From a virus (Duplodnaviria; Caudoviricetes): a DNA stretch of 58,099 nucleotides. Location: positions 1 through 58,099 of the IMG/VR virus record IMGVR_UViG_3300049043_000087, one strand, 5' to 3'. Positions 21,689-33,255 of this stretch are shown piece after piece. Position numbers and translations under genes: made by a program. The first letter of the stretch is position 1; each line of letters starts with the position of its first letter. A model generated the notes under the pieces. That model did not search any database. It was not told the origin of the DNA and worked only from the letters and a program-made list of their open reading frames with translations.

Positions 21689-24320
21689 CTGTAATTTCTA
21701 GTTCATCCTCCATTGTCGCATCAGTTTTTGCATCCAGCTTCATTCCATAAAACTCTTTGTACTTTTCCTTATCAGATGACACCTCAACAATGGAGGGCCA
21801 ACCTTCATACTTCGGGCTGGACTCCCGCACTGCCACATTCACGACCCGCATGCCCCTGGTATTACGCACAGGGAAGACATCAATCTTCAGCTGGTGCCGG
21901 CACACGTCAATAAATAGGGGTTCAAAGCGGTTACGCGACATGATGCCAACGTTGCACTGACGGCAGAACTCGGCGTAGCTGGCGTACAACCACTTGTCCT
22001 GGTTGGCATAGATATGGGATGAACCCATCGGTGCGTTCTTGGTGAAGCCCACAGCTGAGCTGATGCCTGGATCAAAGATGATCTTGTGCTCCATCCAGTC
22101 CAGCAGCGGGTTGGAGCGGAGGTTCTGCATCTTCTCGTACTTCTTGAAGAACTTCACCTTCTTGGCGGTCTCCATCAGGTACTCGCGCATCTCCTCTTCA
22201 CTCATGTCCAGCAGCCAGTTCACCAGCCCTGGCAGCAACGGCGAGAACACACCTTGCGGCTCACCCTTGGAGTTGAACTTGATCAGCTCCTTTTGTTCGT
22301 TTGGCCCACCCGTGAACGGGCGGTCGAAAGGAATGGTGAGGCGACGACGGGCCAGACCAGAGGTGTAGTCCGTGGACTGAATAGCTTCGTTGGCGGTGAT
22401 CATCACCATCCCGTGGTACTGGAATGGATCCAGAGCTTCGCCCTGATACTTGCGTTCACTACGAATCCAGTCGTTACCGGTGATGGCCTTCAGGCGAGAG
22501 ACCGAACCACCCCAGCGGTCGGCATCCTGGAACAACAGAAGTTTCTTGCCCATGTAGGCAGCCGCCTCAAAGCGGTTCTTCTCCATGTTCTCGAAGTCGG
22601 TGGAGTAGGTATTACTCTTACCAACCAGTGCCACCGCCAGGTTTGCGTAGGTGGACTTACCCGACTTACCCGGACCCACAATCTCAACGAACTTCTGGAT
22701 CTCGTAGCGCCCGAGCAGGGTTGCCCGCAGCCAAGCCCGCAGAACCTGAGTGCGTTCCCAGCTGTCGTGCTGTGTGTTCTTCAGCCACTTAACAATCTCT
22801 TCACAGGTAGCAGCCGGATCGTATTGGTATGGCATCTGCTGAATCAGGTGCATCTCCCGGTTAAACGGCAGCAGTTCCCTAGCCCCCACATTCAGAACAC
22901 CATTGGTGAACAGGAGCAGATCGGTGCCGTCATACCACTCCTCAAAGGCCAGTACTGACTGCAGCTGAGTGCAAACATCGTTCATCAGGTTGGTGCTGAA
23001 GCCATTTGGCAGGAAGTCACCAAGCAGTTGCAGTTTGTTACGGATGTCACCAAGGATTTCGATCTTGGTTAATGGCGACCACAGACCACGAGCCTTCTTC
23101 TCATACTGGAAGAACTGGCCGTGCGGTTGACTAAAAAGGAGATTGCCCTTATACAGGTCCAGAACAACGTCGGTAACTACGTTTGATGAAGGGTTCCTTG
23201 TTCGTTGGTCTTTGCCTGGCTTGCCTTCAGGCACCGGCTTTTGCCGCATCTTCCACCCCGGCTCCTTTGGAGTTGGAGCGGTGGTTTCCACGAGAGCTTC
23301 AGGCGCCATTTGCAGATCCTCTTCTAATTCAGCAAGCAGTTTGGAAACGTGATCTAGCGTGTCATCATCAACGTTCATCGCACGGTGTTCTTGGGAAGGC
23401 TTCCATCCATGTTCCTGTGCAATATGAATGAGGGAGCCAAGGCCGCGACCCCCATTCTTCGAGAAGGAACGCCACCGTTTGTGGCACTCACCATCTTTGT
23501 ACTTCTCTGATTGCTTTGACCATTCATCCCAGTTATCGAGCAGGGATTCATCCAAGCTGTGGAGCGTCTGACCAATCGTGATCCAAATGTCGTAGTCATC
23601 CGCTGCTTCCGGCGGCAGAGCCCACATGGCTTCTGTTGCCAGCTTCATGTCCCGCTCTAGGGACACCTCAGCGTTGATAGCAAAGCCCGGCCCCACAATC
23701 CGGGTGCGTTCCCGAGCCGGAGTCCCTTGGCGCACGTTCTTATTGATGATGGCGTTCATCAGCCATTCCGGCAGCTCAGGCAGCTCATCAACCCACTCAA
23801 AACCCTGGCCCTCAGCTGTGTAGTAACCTTCAGTCTCAGGGTGCAGACCCATGAGAACACCCTGGTGCCGCTGCCACAGAATCTCAAGTTTTTCTTTATC
23901 GGCTTCTGCGTGCCAGGTGTATTTGTTGCGGACGAAATGCTTGTGCTTCTCCCGGTCTAGCTTGTACAGTTTCCGTTCACGTCCGATCTTGCCACTCAGA
24001 ATCGTCAGTGTTGGCGGCAGTGCTTCCTGGAAGGGAAGGTCAGAGATGCCCTCGATCAGCTGGTAGACGGTTGGCCCATCGACATCAACCCATACCAAAC
24101 CAAAGGGGTGGTTATAGACAGGACCCCCGAGCAGACCAATAGCGCGGCAATCACCCGATACAATTTCTTGCTCGATTTCGCGGACGCTGAACGGTTTGTT
24201 CTGCCAGCTGTTGATATACGGATCCTTCTTGGCACCAAGGGGAGTAAGGGGCCAGTCAATGGGGATGTAGCCGAGGTTGATCTCCCCAGGACGAAGAGCC
24301 TGTTGGTTCCGACTGGTCAT
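21681..24320 (-). CDS. Primase-helicase (Prim-Pol, PriCT-2, D5/P4-type SF3 helicase)
   Basis: VDVDG; DYDIWITIGQTLH..WDEWSKQSEKY; Walker A GPGKSGKST; LKAITGND; MITAN; ARRRLTIPF. Confidence 0.92.
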   Translation of the reverse strand: MTSRNQQALRPGEINLGYIPIDWPLTPLGAKKDPYINSWQNKPFSVREIEQEIVSGDCRAIGLLGGPVYNHPFGLVWVDVDGPTVYQLIEGISDLPFQEALPPTLTILSGKIGRERKLYKLDREKHKHFVRNKYTWHAEADKEKLEILWQRHQGVLMGLHPETEGYYTAEGQGFEWVDELPELPEWLMNAIINKNVRQGTPARERTRIVGPGFAINAEVSLERDMKLATEAMWALPPEAADDYDIWITIGQTLHSLDESLLDNWDEWSKQSEKYKDGECHKRWRSFSKNGGRGLGSLIHIAQEHGWKPSQEHRAMNVDDDTLDHVSKLLAELEEDLQMAPEALVETTAPTPKEPGWKMRQKPVPEGKPGKDQRTRNPSSNVVTDVVLDLYKGNLLFSQPHGQFFQYEKKARGLWSPLTKIEILGDIRNKLQLLGDFLPNGFSTNLMNDVCTQLQSVLAFEEWYDGTDLLLFTNGVLNVGARELLPFNREMHLIQQMPYQYDPAATCEEIVKWLKNTQHDSWERTQVLRAWLRATLLGRYEIQKFVEIVGPGKSGKSTYANLAVALVGKSNTYSTDFENMEKNRFEAAAYMGKKLLLFQDADRWGGSVSRLKAITGNDWIRSERKYQGEALDPFQYHGMVMITANEAIQSTDYTSGLARRRLTIPFDRPFTGGPNEQKELIKFNSKGEPQGVFSPLLPGLVNWLLDMSEEEMREYLMETAKKVKFFKKYEKMQNLRSNPLLDWMEHKIIFDPGISSAVGFTKNAPMGSSHIYANQDKWLYASYAEFCRQCNVGIMSRNRFEPLFIDVCRHQLKIDVFPVRNTRGMRVVNVAVRESSPKYEGWPSIVEVSSDKEKYKEFYGMKLDAKTDATMEDELEITDV

Positions 24321-24572
24321 ACCTTACTTTCTTCTTGAAGTTCTACTCTAAAGTTTCGATCAGGAAACGAAGCATCCTTAACCAGTTGATACGCATGAAG
24401 ATGCATCCGAGAGGGCAGATAAAAACAATCCCCATCCACCGCATTGGTCATGCGGATCTGGAGAGTATTTATCCACTCTCCCAGGGAAATATGAATTTCC
24501 ATCTGGGGTGGAGCTGAGTGTTTTCTTATCCTACGGCGACCAATCCGAGAGACCCTTACGCCTTTTCGCAAA

Positions 24573-24788
24573 TTATTGCGACTCATTAGACTCATCTAGA
24601 GTCGTGTGATCCGTACAGTGTTTATCTGCTTGAAATTTCTCCAACATCCTGTTGTAGATGTCGATTGGATTCTCACCTGTCTCAATTGCACACGAAGTTG
24701 CGACAGACCAAGCTGTCCTCCGGCGCCGCTCCTCAGGATCCGTTTTGCTCCAGGGGACCTTCTGGTTATCAGGAGTCCATTCCGTCAT
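24573..24788 (-). CDS. Hypothetical protein
   Basis: 71 aa ORF in operon. Confidence 0.55.
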   Translation of the reverse strand: MTEWTPDNQKVPWSKTDPEERRRRTAWSVATSCAIETGENPIDIYNRMLEKFQADKHCTDHTTLDESNESQ

Positions 24789-25032
24789 TTTTGTACCAGG
24801 GTGCAGTTAATTGCATCGCGCCACCAAGCTCTTGCGACTCTCCCGTCTGCAGCTCAGGGTCAATCGGGTGCGCTGTATAGACAGGCTTGGCCGCCTCCTC
24901 CCGCTCAATCTCTGACTCAATTTGATTCTCAAGCTCAATCATCTTGAGACGAGCCTCCAGCTTGGATTCAAACCAAAGCTTCTTCCACCAGCGGACCAGC
25001 TCCGCCCACAGTTGTCCAAGGAATGCGCTCAT
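24769..25032 (-). CDS. Hypothetical protein
   Basis: 87 aa ORF in operon. Confidence 0.6.
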   Translation of the reverse strand: MSAFLGQLWAELVRWWKKLWFESKLEARLKMIELENQIESEIEREEAAKPVYTAHPIDPELQTGESQELGGAMQLTAPWYKNDGMDS

Positions 25033-25223
25033 GTTTCGCTTATTTCGTTTAGCGCGGCTTCCGTTTTATGCAGCATCCTTTCCATGTAAGGTTGCCAAAA
25101 GCTGTATCCCCACTTCTCGCCATACGGAATATAAATTTGCCGTGCGCCAAGAGAAGCTTTGAATCAGCTCTAACTCTTGCTGGGTGAAGTAAATCTTTAT
25201 TGTGGGTTGCCCTTCGGTCATGG

Positions 25224-26078
25224 TTAGATCAGATTAGGATCATAGACATTGCAATTCTCCACCTGTTCATAGTACTCAGCCACAATCTTGTACCAATCCT
25301 CATGCAACATATCGAGGAAGCGCCTGGAGATCTTGAAGACCTGAGTGCGAACAGGAGTTGATACCAGGATTGCCCCCTGCTGGACCTTCATACCCAGGGT
25401 CTGCTGGATGGCAATGTCATAAGCCGCCAGCTGCTTGCAGGTCTTTTTGAACTTCATGTGACCACCCAAAAGGTCCCGCCATTCCGGCGAACCTTTATCC
25501 AAATCCTTAGGCCACTTACGGCTATAGGGTTTGACCGAGGTCTTCAAGTCAGCAAGCGTGAGCTTATTATTAGCCACACCAATGATATCGGGAGCACCAG
25601 CCCAACTTCTCCCGTCATTATCGCAACCCCACACACGAGCCACGTCATCAGCACCGATAGTAAAATTAAACCTGTCAAGTACCGGTGATTCAGCCCAAAG
25701 GACCTCCTGGAACTGGTCCAATATTGGCGGCATGCCCGACCAAAAATCCTTGTAATCATCAGGGATCTCAGGCGTTTTATTACCTTTAAGATACTGCTCC
25801 ATCCCATAGTGAATGGCCGTTCCCCTTTCCGCAGCAGCTTCTTTAACACCTGGATTTGCTTTCGACCACATCTCCAACTTCCGCTTGTTTGCTTCGGAAG
25901 CGGTTTCACCAATGATAGTGGTTACGGACGGTGCAGGTCCAGTGGGTAACGGAGTTGTGTAATGCCGTTTTCCGTTAAGCGTAATTCTGGCTGCGGTCCT
26001 GTTCAGGTCCCGCATCATCTCTGGTTGCTCGTCCCTGGCTTGAATCCAAGGATCAGATGTATTAACTTTAGCAACCAT
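25224..26078 (-). CDS. PD-(D/E)XK exonuclease (Cas4/MGME1-like phage nuclease)
   Basis: PSVTTII, RGTAIH, AGAPD, ADLKTS, QLAAY. Confidence 0.88.
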   Translation of the reverse strand: MVAKVNTSDPWIQARDEQPEMMRDLNRTAARITLNGKRHYTTPLPTGPAPSVTTIIGETASEANKRKLEMWSKANPGVKEAAAERGTAIHYGMEQYLKGNKTPEIPDDYKDFWSGMPPILDQFQEVLWAESPVLDRFNFTIGADDVARVWGCDNDGRSWAGAPDIIGVANNKLTLADLKTSVKPYSRKWPKDLDKGSPEWRDLLGGHMKFKKTCKQLAAYDIAIQQTLGMKVQQGAILVSTPVRTQVFKISRRFLDMLHEDWYKIVAEYYEQVENCNVYDPNLI

Positions 26079-26231
26079 TGAAGGTTTTGTATATTATTTA
26101 TAGCTTACTTAAAGTGTCAACAAACTGCGAATGAAAGATTTTACGTACGCGATCTTCGCCATCTTGGGCGCTATGCTTATTGTTGTAGGTATTGATACTT
26201 ACCTGGTTTTCTCAGGTCACCTTCTGAAATA

Positions 26232-26501
26232 ATGAACAAGTTTTGGTTAGGCTTTCAAGGCTACTGGTCTTGCTTTAGCTGGATGCTTTCCGCACTGTTC
26301 ACCTGGATACTAGAAACGTGTCCTGACTTAAAATTCTGGGAAGGACATACGGACATCGACGATCATCTTTGGTACGCCGAGCGGGTGAACGGTCGTATCG
26401 CAATGCTGGTCCTAAGTGCCGTACTCCTATACGAATTCACAACCCATACCAGTATTTGGAGTCTGATCGATGGCATCAAATCTCACGCGCTTCTACCTTG
26501 A
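26232..26501 (+). CDS. hli: High-light-inducible protein-like
   Basis: AERVNGRIAML chlorophyll-binding helix motif followed by a hydrophobic segment. Confidence 0.75.
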   Translation: MNKFWLGFQGYWSCFSWMLSALFTWILETCPDLKFWEGHTDIDDHLWYAERVNGRIAMLVLSAVLLYEFTTHTSIWSLIDGIKSHALLP

Positions 26502-26631
26502 TGTAGATGACGATTGTCGTACCGGCTGCCTGAATGGCAAGGTATTTGAAGATGTTGAAACAAATAAAGCCGACAAATTCGAGAAGCGTTTACAAGAACG
26601 TGAAATCTCCTATATTCGGGTAGATCTGTAA
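26470..26631 (+). CDS. Small hypothetical protein
   Basis: 53 aa ORF MASNLTRFYLDVDDDC... Confidence 0.5.
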   Translation: MASNLTRFYLDVDDDCRTGCLNGKVFEDVETNKADKFEKRLQEREISYIRVDL

Positions 26632-26638
26632 ATCTTCA

Positions 26639-28188
26639 ATGTCAGGCAAGCGCATTGCAGTACTCACACTGTGGCGGGATAGTAGTGAAATTATTAGTCA
26701 CGCGCTTGCCCAGTACGAATGGATGGAGAATGAACTGATCCCTCGTGGATACCGGTTTATCTACGCTTTCCTGGAGAACGATTCCCAGGACATGACAGCC
26801 GGAATGCTGTTGCGTTGGATGGAGGATCGCAAGGGATTCTTGATGTCTGAGAAGACCGGATCCCGTAAATGGGGTAGCGTTCAGTCCACAGAACGCACCA
26901 AATGGCTGGCCCGTTATCGCAACGTGTGCCTCAGCTCCCTGGACTTCTGGGCGTTTGACTACCTGCTGGTTGCAGATAGCGACGTTCATTACCGCCCTGA
27001 CCTGATCGAAACGATGGTCATGGAGCTGGAGAATGACCCAACCCTGGGGATGATTACCCCCAATACGGTGCAGGATGTCACCGATGCCATTGATGATACC
27101 GGGCTTCCCGTCCTACTACGACAGCTGGGCGCTCGTTGATACGAATGGAAAGCAGGGGATGACCTTTGCTGCCAACCCATTCCTTGACAAACGTGATCGT
27201 GCCAACTTGGGACGAAGGTTTCCCGGTGGACGTATCGAGTGCGTTCGGCTCGATTGCCATGATCCGGCGCTCAATCCTGGAGGAGAATGACATTGCATGG
27301 GACGGCGAGAACGGTTGCGAGCACTGGGGTTTGTGCAAGGGCATCCGTGATGCGGGCTATGACATCATCGTGGACCCCGAGCTGCACGCCGAGATCAAAC
27401 ACCAAAGAGCCCGTCATCCCCAACGCGGACGTCGTTACGTTCCACAAGAACCGCCTGAAGGAAGCGCAGCGCCAGTTCCTCAGCAAAGGTGATGACGAAT
27501 TCACCATGACCTTTGGCATTTGCACTGGTTATGACAATGCCGAGCATCTGATCAAGTGCGTTGATTCCATCCGCAACCAGCAGCTGGATGACTACCAGAT
27601 CCTGGTGGTTGGCCCCGAGGTTCCCGACCTGATCTATGACGAGCTGGCAGGCAATGACATTGAGTTCATCGAGTTTGATGAAACTACCCGGCCCCTTTGG
27701 ATCACCAAGAAAAAGAATTTGATTGCACAGAAAGCAGACTTTGACCGCCTGTGTCTGATGCACGATTACATGTGGCTGACACCCAAGTGGGCAAAGGAGC
27801 TGCGTGAGTTTGAGAAAGTCCACCCCTGGTCTGTGCTTGCGTTCCCACAACAGCGTTCAGATGGCGGCAGGTTCTGGTACGACTGGAGCGGCTTTCCGTG
27901 GCCCCCGCCATCTGGATGACCGGCAGTTCTATAGGTACACCGACTGGACGCACAACGACGAGGTCTACATCTCAGGCAACATCTTCTGCGTCAATCGCCA
28001 CCTGCTGCTTGACCACCCATTCGATGAAAGCCTGGGGCACATGCAAGAAGAAGATCTTGAATGGAGCCGCCGGTATTGCTCCGTATGTGCAGTTCAAGTG
28101 CGCCTTTAATTCAATGGTGTGCCACCAGAAGGAGCACCGTGATCAACATTTCTTTGATAAGTTAGATTCCACAGGTGGCATCAAATGA
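26639..28188 (+). CDS. Two-domain GT-A glycosyltransferase (frameshifted)
   Basis: ENDSQD..LARYRN..VADSD..YYDSWA..VSSAFGS..CEH, then TFGICT..WITKKKN..LMHDY..EEDLEWS. Confidence 0.75.
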
Positions 28189-28788
28189 TTATCTTTGACG
28201 TTGGCGCAAACGTAGGCCAGGACTCTAAGCACTACGCAGAAGATCCTGACAATACGGTCTACGCATTTGAACCCACCCCTCAACTCCTGCGTGATCACCT
28301 GTATCCGTTTGCCAAGGAGCACCCGAATTACATTGTGATTCCCAAAGCCGTCACTGATTACGACGGCACAGTCACGTTCCACATTGCAGGGCAGCACGAC
28401 TGGGGTTGCAGTTCCATCCATAAGTTTAACGACGACTTGGATAAGAGCTGGCCTGGCCGCACTGACTTCAAAACAACAGAAGAAATTGAGGTTGAGTGCA
28501 TCACCATGCGTACGTTTCTCCTTGAAAACGGCATTGATCAGATTGATTACATGCACTGCGACACTCAAGGAAATGATCTTGTTGTCCTCCGTTCTTTTGG
28601 AGACTGTATGCAACCGGTTTAATGAGTGGGAAAGTTGAGTGTATAACCAGAATCCGCTGTATAAAGGTATTGATAACAGTTGCAATAACGTCACGCGTTT
28701 CTTGAAGGCCAATAGCTTTCACGTCAAGCGCTTGGAAAGCGACGATCCGTTTAACAACGAGCTGAACATTACGTTTGCCCGGCTATGA
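28185..28788 (+). CDS. FkbM-family SAM-dependent methyltransferase (frameshifted)
   Basis: IFDVGANVG, VYAFEP, IDYMHCDTQGNDL. Confidence 0.88.
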
Positions 28789-29440
28789 ATAAGCTCATCT
28801 GTTTTGATCTTGACGGTGTCCTGGTTGACAGCAAAGAGATCCACTTTCAGGCGCTGAATGAAGCCCTGGCAGCAGTCCACCCCAAGTATGTGATCTCCCG
28901 TGAGGAGCACCTCAAGACGTACGACGGCCTACCCACCAGCGTGAAGCTGGACATGCTGACCCAAACCAAAGGCCTCCCCAGCCAGGAGCACCAACGAATC
29001 TGGGAGCTAAAGCAGCAGCTGACGACTGACTACTTCAATGAGTTTGAAATGGATTGGCAGTTAATTCAGCTGTTGATTGAGATCAAGTCTCGGGGTATCA
29101 GAGGTTGCCGTTGCGTCTAACTGCATCCGCAAGTCGGTACAGAATGCGCTGTACTCTCTGCACTTGTTCCCGTTTATTGATTATTTCGTCAGTGCAGACG
29201 AAGTGCCGCGCAAGAAACCATCCCCTGATTTGTACTGGCAGTGCATGATCCAGTGCAATGCAACTCCATCAAATACGGTGGTGTTCGAGGATTCCCACGT
29301 CGGCCAACAAGCAGCTTTGGACTCCGGCGCCCATGTGATCTGCGTCAAGAACCGCCTGGATCTAACCGCAGAAAAAATTCAAAAAGGTATTAACATTCTC
29401 ACAGAACAAGTGCTCAGCGAAACCCAAACCACATATGGAA
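28785..29440 (+). CDS. HAD-family phosphatase (frameshifted; may be fused to the next gene)
   Basis: FDLDGVLVDS, VASN, KPSPD, VFEDSHVG. Confidence 0.88.
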
Positions 29441-30157
29441 GATCTCAATGTATTGATCCCTATGGCGGGTCGAGGCTCCAGGTTTGCAGCTGCTGGCTAC
29501 ACCTTTCCCAAACCATTGATTGATGTGCGTGGCAAGCCCATGATTCAGTGGGTGGTTGAGAATGTGGGCATCAAAGCCAAGTACACGTTCATTGCTCAGC
29601 AAGATCACATTGAGCAGTACAGTCTGCCCAGCTTGATGAATCTGATCGCCCCTGGCTCTACTGTGATTCCAGTCAATGGCGTCACCGAGGGTGCTGCATG
29701 CACAGCCCTACTGGCGTGGGATCTGATTGACAATGACAGCCCCCTGCTGATTCTTAACAGCGACCAGTACCTGGAGTGGGATCCGATCCATAGCCTGTAC
29801 CAACTGGAGAACAGCGATGTTGATGGTGCGATCTTTACTTTCCACAGCACCCACCCGAAGTGGAGCTACGTCAAGCGCAAGCCTGGTACCACTGACATCG
29901 TTGAGGTAGCCGAGAAGAAACCCATCAGTCACGATGCAACCTGCGGTGTGTACTGGTGGCGCAAGGGATCTGACTTTGTCAGGTACGTTAATCAGATGAT
30001 CGAAGCAGATGATCGAACCCTTGGTGAGTTTTATATTTGCCCTGCGTACAATTACGCCATTAAGGACGGTAAAAAAATTTCTGCAGTCCCAGTTCGGGCC
30101 ATGCACGGGCTCGGCACACCAGAAGATCTTGATGTGTTTCTGAAGGAGTTTGCATGA
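29435..30157 (+). CDS. Sugar-phosphate nucleotidyltransferase-like protein
   Basis: LIPMAGRGSRF..YTFPKPLI, TEGAACT, VAEKKPIS, GLGTPEDL. Confidence 0.88.
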   Translation: MEDLNVLIPMAGRGSRFAAAGYTFPKPLIDVRGKPMIQWVVENVGIKAKYTFIAQQDHIEQYSLPSLMNLIAPGSTVIPVNGVTEGAACTALLAWDLIDNDSPLLILNSDQYLEWDPIHSLYQLENSDVDGAIFTFHSTHPKWSYVKRKPGTTDIVEVAEKKPISHDATCGVYWWRKGSDFVRYVNQMIEADDRTLGEFYICPAYNYAIKDGKKISAVPVRAMHGLGTPEDLDVFLKEFA

Positions 30158-30636
30158 TTACCTTTCTTAGCACCATCGCCCATCGCGGCAACTTGCGTGG
30201 CCCAGAGCCGGAGAACGAAAACAATCCAGACTATATCGATAAAGCAATTGAAGAGTTGTTCTTAGTTGAAGTTGATATCCGCTTCGTTGAGGGCAGCTTC
30301 TACCTGGGGCACGACAGCCCCGAGCACTTTGTTGATCTGCACTGGCTCAAGGAACGGAGTGAATTTCTGATCCTCCACTGCAAGAACTTGCCCTGCCTGT
30401 ATCTTCTTAAGGATCAGTTCCATTGTTTCTGGCATGACAATGACAGCTACACACTGACTACCGAGAAAAAGATCTGGACATATCCAAATCAGGCAGTTGG
30501 CCCTGACTGCATCATTGTTGACCTGGAGCCACCGATCAAAGAAAAGATTGACACCTGGAAGGCCAAAGGTTGTTATGGAGTTTGCAGCGATTATGCTGAC
30601 GTGATAGGTACGGACTTTATTACTGGTATTGTTTAG
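30154..30636 (+). CDS. Glycerophosphodiester phosphodiesterase-like protein
   Basis: IAHRGN..EN..VEVDI..LGHD..GVCSDY. Confidence 0.8.
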   Translation: MITFLSTIAHRGNLRGPEPENENNPDYIDKAIEELFLVEVDIRFVEGSFYLGHDSPEHFVDLHWLKERSEFLILHCKNLPCLYLLKDQFHCFWHDNDSYTLTTEKKIWTYPNQAVGPDCIIVDLEPPIKEKIDTWKAKGCYGVCSDYADVIGTDFITGIV

Positions 30637-30799
30637 TTAACCGCACATTGAATTGTTATGGCCCTGCAAGAATACGAAGACGCCCTGGTTGCTGGTTACG
30701 ATTTCCTCAACAACCACAATCAATTACTCCACAGTTTGAAACTGTCTCGACTCAATGCTGATAATCGCACCTATACTGAGAACACCCAAGGAATCGGAA

Positions 30800-31000
30800 A
30801 TGGCCCTATCGAATCAAGTGAGGGAGTCAGTGAAGCAGGCGACGGATTCGTTGCGTGATGCACTGGCTTTTGCTGCACGGGCCAAACATCCGGTCACAAT
30901 CACGATGCTTTCCGACATTCTTTCCAGGCTTGATTCCCTGGAGCATGTAGATGAAATCATGGAACGGTTTGGAGCTAATGCCGCAAAACGAGAAGTTTAG
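30800..31000 (+). CDS. Hypothetical protein
   Basis: MALSNQVRESVKQATDSLRDALAFAAR. Confidence 0.6.
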   Translation: MALSNQVRESVKQATDSLRDALAFAARAKHPVTITMLSDILSRLDSLEHVDEIMERFGANAAKREV

Positions 31001-31140
31001 GCAGCCAACCGAACAAGAACGGTTAGAAGAATACTTTTGGAAGCTGGAAAGCCTGATCCCTAATCCACCAAGGGATTGGGCTAAGGCGTCTAAACCATGT
31101 AAGTGGGATAAAATATTAAAAGAAAGAATGAATAATCCAG

Positions 31141-31426
31141 ATGGCTCAGGACGATAGTAAGTATACAAAACCAGGGTTACGCGAGAGCATCAAAGATCGC
31201 GTGATGGCTGGATCAAAGGGCGGTAAGCCAGCGGCAGTGGAGCGCACGCAAGGCCCAGCTTGTTGCACAGGAGTATGAGAAATCAGGTGGGGGATATAAG
31301 GGAGGTAAGGGAGAGAAGCAAAAATCCCTGGAGGAATGGGGGAAGGAGAAGTGGATGACCAAAGATGAATATGAAAAGCGCAGTAAAGCCAAAGCTGCCG
31401 CCAAGAAATATCAGGAAAACAAATAA
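31141..31426 (+). CDS. DUF5872-like protein, N-terminal half (one frameshift)
   Basis: YTKPGLRESIK..GSKGGKP.QWSARKAQLVAQEYEKSGGGYKG..QKSLEEWGKEKW. Confidence 0.7.
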
Positions 31427-31443
31427 GACGGTAATTATCGGGA

Positions 31444-32546
31444 ATGGAACTATTTCAACGTTTTCTTAATGCATATAAGCAAGCAGATAAAAAGCTTGGA
31501 GGATTTCTTCCGGGAGGAGGAACAGGTAATGTTTTAAGTAACGCAGTTCGTTCTGTAAATCCTTCCGAGGTTGCAGCTTTTTATGGTGCAAATATATTAA
31601 ATGCAGCACACAGACGAGCAAGTGAAGTTTTGCAGGCGCGGATTAATTCTGCATCAGAAGCAACAACCCTGCAGGAATTACCACGGTTAATGGATGCTGC
31701 ATCTAAACGAATGACAGCTGCAGGTTTTCCAGGAGCCTGGAGCCCTTTCGTACCGGGTTATGAAACAGGAGAAATTCGCGGAAATCGCGCAGGCACAAAA
31801 ATTGATTTAAACCAAGGGTTTGCAGAGATTGTTTGGAGGGCCTGCATTTAGCAATGCCAATGTTTTAATGGGAGAGACAGAGCCAACTGTTTATGCAACA
31901 ACTAAAACACCAGGTTGGGTAATTGCCCATGAATTAGGGCATGCTGTTGATGCAATAAAGCGTCCTTATGATTATTCGCTTCCAAGAGAATATGATCTTA
32001 CGGGTGGAGACAAAGAACTCATGGAAGGAGTCAAAAAATTTCAAGCCAGAGATGCTATTCGCGCTTCTAGTCCTGGCGCCGTAGTCCTTGGTTTTGGGAG
32101 TTAAAAACCAACGAAGATAAATCTTTATTAGGAGCAGGAATCGAAGGGGCGCTTAGCGGACTCGGAGCTAATCAACAATTGTTAAGAAAAGAAATAATGG
32201 CAGATAGGTTTGGCATACCTATTGCAAAAGAAGCAGGAGTGCCTTGGAGCGCACGAGGAAATGCCTTGGCAAAAAGTACTTATGCACTTGGTGCAACAAC
32301 TCCAGGTTTTGCTCAAGGTGTGATTGGAGAATTGCTTAATCGAGGCGTTAATGCACTTACTGGTTTAACAGGAGCAGGCATGCGTGCAGCACAGAACAAT
32401 CAATTAAATAAAACAGAAGCTGCACTAGCAAAATATGGATACAATCCTGAACAGATACAGCATGACACCAACAGGCAATGAAATAAAAATTGAAAAAGAA
32501 ATGAAGCCGAAAAAGCCCTTTATAATTTTATTAGAAATCTAAAATA
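31444..32546 (+). CDS. Hypothetical protein with HEXXH zinc-peptidase motif (frameshifted)
   Basis: Pieces 31444-31851, 31820-32104, 32179-32481; WVIAHELGHAVD and downstream EIMAD. Confidence 0.6.
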
Positions 32547-33255
32547 ATGGACCCACGTCAAGCAGCTAAACAGTTTTTAAAAAAACTTTAACCTAGAAGG
32601 AGCGCAAGATAAAATTATTAGCTCAAGGCAATTAGCCCGAGATAGTGGAGGATACGAACTCCCAGGTGCAGCGTGGAGAAGTGTCAACAAAGAAATTGAA
32701 GAAGAACAAAAACAAATTCCATTAATCACTAAAAATAATATTGTCAACAAACCAAGCCTACAAGCATTAAAACGACAGCAATTAGATGGAAAAATTGCTG
32801 CACAAAAACAAGAGTTAAGAGTTCAAGCTCATGAAGCTTTATCTTCTAATCCTGCAGTCAATTTAAACACTGATCAAGTTATCAGTGATAGTTGATTACC
32901 AGGTCAAGCCAGTGCGGCGGCACATGCTTATAAAGAAAACATTCTTTCTTATGCAATTGAAGCATCTAGGATAAGAAAAATTTCAATTCAAGATGCAGTA
33001 GGAGAAGCTGTAAAAAATGTATCTCCTGCTCAATATTTAGGAAACGTTCCTTTAAATGCAGGAGAAACTACCCAGATTGCAACAGCAGCAAGCAATCCAT
33101 ATTTCCAAAGATTGATTGAATCAGACGAGCTTGGATATAGCCCAAGAGAAGCCTTGGAAGAATACAATCGAATTGATCCTAGATTTTTACATGGTTCAGA
33201 TAATTTACGTAGACAAGCAAGACAAGATGAGTGGGATGAGTGGGAGATGTTCTAA
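32547..33255 (+). CDS. Hypothetical AT-rich protein (frameshifted)
   Basis: MDPRQAAKQFLK... with long open stretches up to the TAATG junction. Confidence 0.5.

Noticed and set aside
19891-22958. Long plus-strand ORFs 19891-21282 and 22086-22958
   Set aside because: Antisense shadows of the glycosyltransferase and primase genes, with no motifs of their own
25224-26078. Cas4-like nuclease as part of a CRISPR system
   Set aside because: No array or other cas genes; stand-alone PD-(D/E)XK nucleases are routine in phage replication modules
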